A stretch of DNA of 55,224 bases from a virus (Duplodnaviria > Caudoviricetes). Shown here in pieces: positions 54,411 through 55,224 of the stretch. The DNA lies in IMG/VR virus record IMGVR_UViG_3300026187_000019, positions 1 to 55,224 of that record. One strand, 5' to 3'. The number at the start of each line of letters is the position of its first letter. Position 1 is the first letter of the stretch. A program made the position numbers and the translations under genes. The notes under the pieces are model-generated. The model was given only the letters and a program-made list of their open reading frames with translations. It made no database searches and had not been told where the DNA came from.

Positions 54411-54444
54411 ATATAGCCCCTTGAACGTAGTGAAAGGGTTATAT
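54411..54444 (+). promoter_or_regulatory. Hairpin with GA..TAGTGA loop (copy C)
   Basis: Stem ATATAGCCCCTT/AAGGGTTATAT (bulge, G-T pair), loop GAACGTAGTGA; upstream of ATG 54481. Confidence 0.7.
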
Positions 54445-54480
54445 CCCTATAAAACCTAAAGATAGATAAGAGGAACCGAA

Positions 54481-55119
54481 ATGCAAAACTCAATCAAAAA
54501 ATCTTTCGCCATTCAGCTTGCTGAAGCACCAAACACAAATGAAGCCAAAGGCTTGGTATTGTCCCGTTGGGACAAGTCAATCACCAAAGGTGATGTCAAT
54601 CGCTTCAAGAAACTCTGTGAGTTTGCTGGTTTCTGGTTCACCCTTGGTGAAATCCTTGTCCGGCTTCGGACTGAATCCGGCGGTAGCCGGACTGATTCAG
54701 CTTTGCTGAAGAATGCCAACCTTCATACCGTTGCAAAGCAACGCCGTAGTGAAGCCATGAAGTTCTTTGAGAACTTCCATGTAATCGTTGAAAACGATTT
54801 GCTCGGCAAGAAATCTACGATTTGCCACATGAAGGATCTGCTGAAAGCAGTGGACAAAATCGTCAACCCAAAGGTTGAAGATGAGCCAGTCCTTGAAGCT
54901 ACTATCGTAGCTGATGAGCCAGAGGTTCTGGCTATCGAAGATAAGTCCAGCGAAGCTGTACCACAGTCTAAAAAGACTGCTGAAGATTTGGCTCTTGAGG
55001 TTCTACTGCAAGTAGAACTTAATGAGGTCAGCCTTGCTGACTTCAAGATTGCCATGGCAAATGCCATTGGCATGATTGAGCAGAACAACGAAGTTGTCCC
55101 ATTTGAGGCTGTAGGGTAA
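54481..55119 (+). CDS. First early gene, hypothetical (212 aa)
   Basis: GAGGA RBS; long ORF with biased codon usage. Confidence 0.85.
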   Translation: MQNSIKKSFAIQLAEAPNTNEAKGLVLSRWDKSITKGDVNRFKKLCEFAGFWFTLGEILVRLRTESGGSRTDSALLKNANLHTVAKQRRSEAMKFFENFHVIVENDLLGKKSTICHMKDLLKAVDKIVNPKVEDEPVLEATIVADEPEVLAIEDKSSEAVPQSKKTAEDLALEVLLQVELNEVSLADFKIAMANAIGMIEQNNEVVPFEAVG

Positions 55120-55224
55120 TCCCCTACAGTCTACCTTTTCACTAGTCCGATGTCGGACTTAACAATACGGAGTATTGAATATGATTGATTTTATCATCGC
55201 CTTGTTTCTAATCGTCACCAGTGC
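55074..55224. repeat. Terminal overlap of circular assembly (copy 2)
   Basis: Duplicate of 1-150. Confidence 0.95.

Noticed and set aside
53546-54480. tRNA gene or tRNA-derived attP in the non-coding region
   Set aside because: No cloverleaf or T-loop GTTCRA consensus recognised by eye; tRNAscan/ARAGORN and BLAST against hosts were not run.
55074-55224. 150-bp terminal direct repeat as a biological DTR
   Set aside because: It begins inside a CDS, is about one read long and differs by a 1-bp indel. This fits circular-assembly overlap better; true ends more likely lie in 53.8-54.0 kb.

Overview
The window is an apparently complete, circularly assembled ~55.07 kb dsDNA podovirus genome; bases 1-150 recur at 55074-55224 with a 1-bp indel. 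Several features place it among HMO-2011-type marine phages of SAR116/Roseobacter alphaproteobacteria. These are a family A DNA polymerase carrying a DnaJ-type CxxCxGxG zinc-finger insert, a tyrosine integrase upstream of primase/helicase, a class II RNR, MazG, an msmA-like gene and no RNA polymerase. Two arms diverge from a ~930-bp non-coding region (53546-54480). The + strand arm (54481 -> 17881) holds early and replication genes. The - strand arm (53545 -> 17898) holds small basic proteins, lysis, packaging, head, tail and ejection genes. The arms converge at a terminator near 17870-17899. The most striking unexplained signals are: (1) an identical 16-bp palindrome AGTCCGATGTCGGACT, five times and only in the early region, twice in a fixed-spacing cassette of promoter, GA..TAGTGA-loop hairpin, palindrome and RBS; (2) a dense run of same-strand GNA-triloop hairpins in the non-coding region; (3) a short (M/F/Y)xxGG peptide tag, about 15 copies across six late proteins, including a 52-aa protein made almost only of the tag; (4) an MsmA that lacks its Rieske ligands and sits between two halves of a split DUF5872-like gene; (5) a ~200-nt structured capsid leader. 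All family assignments come from motif recognition by eye, not database searches. Many short ORFs below the 60-aa track cutoff were translated by hand.
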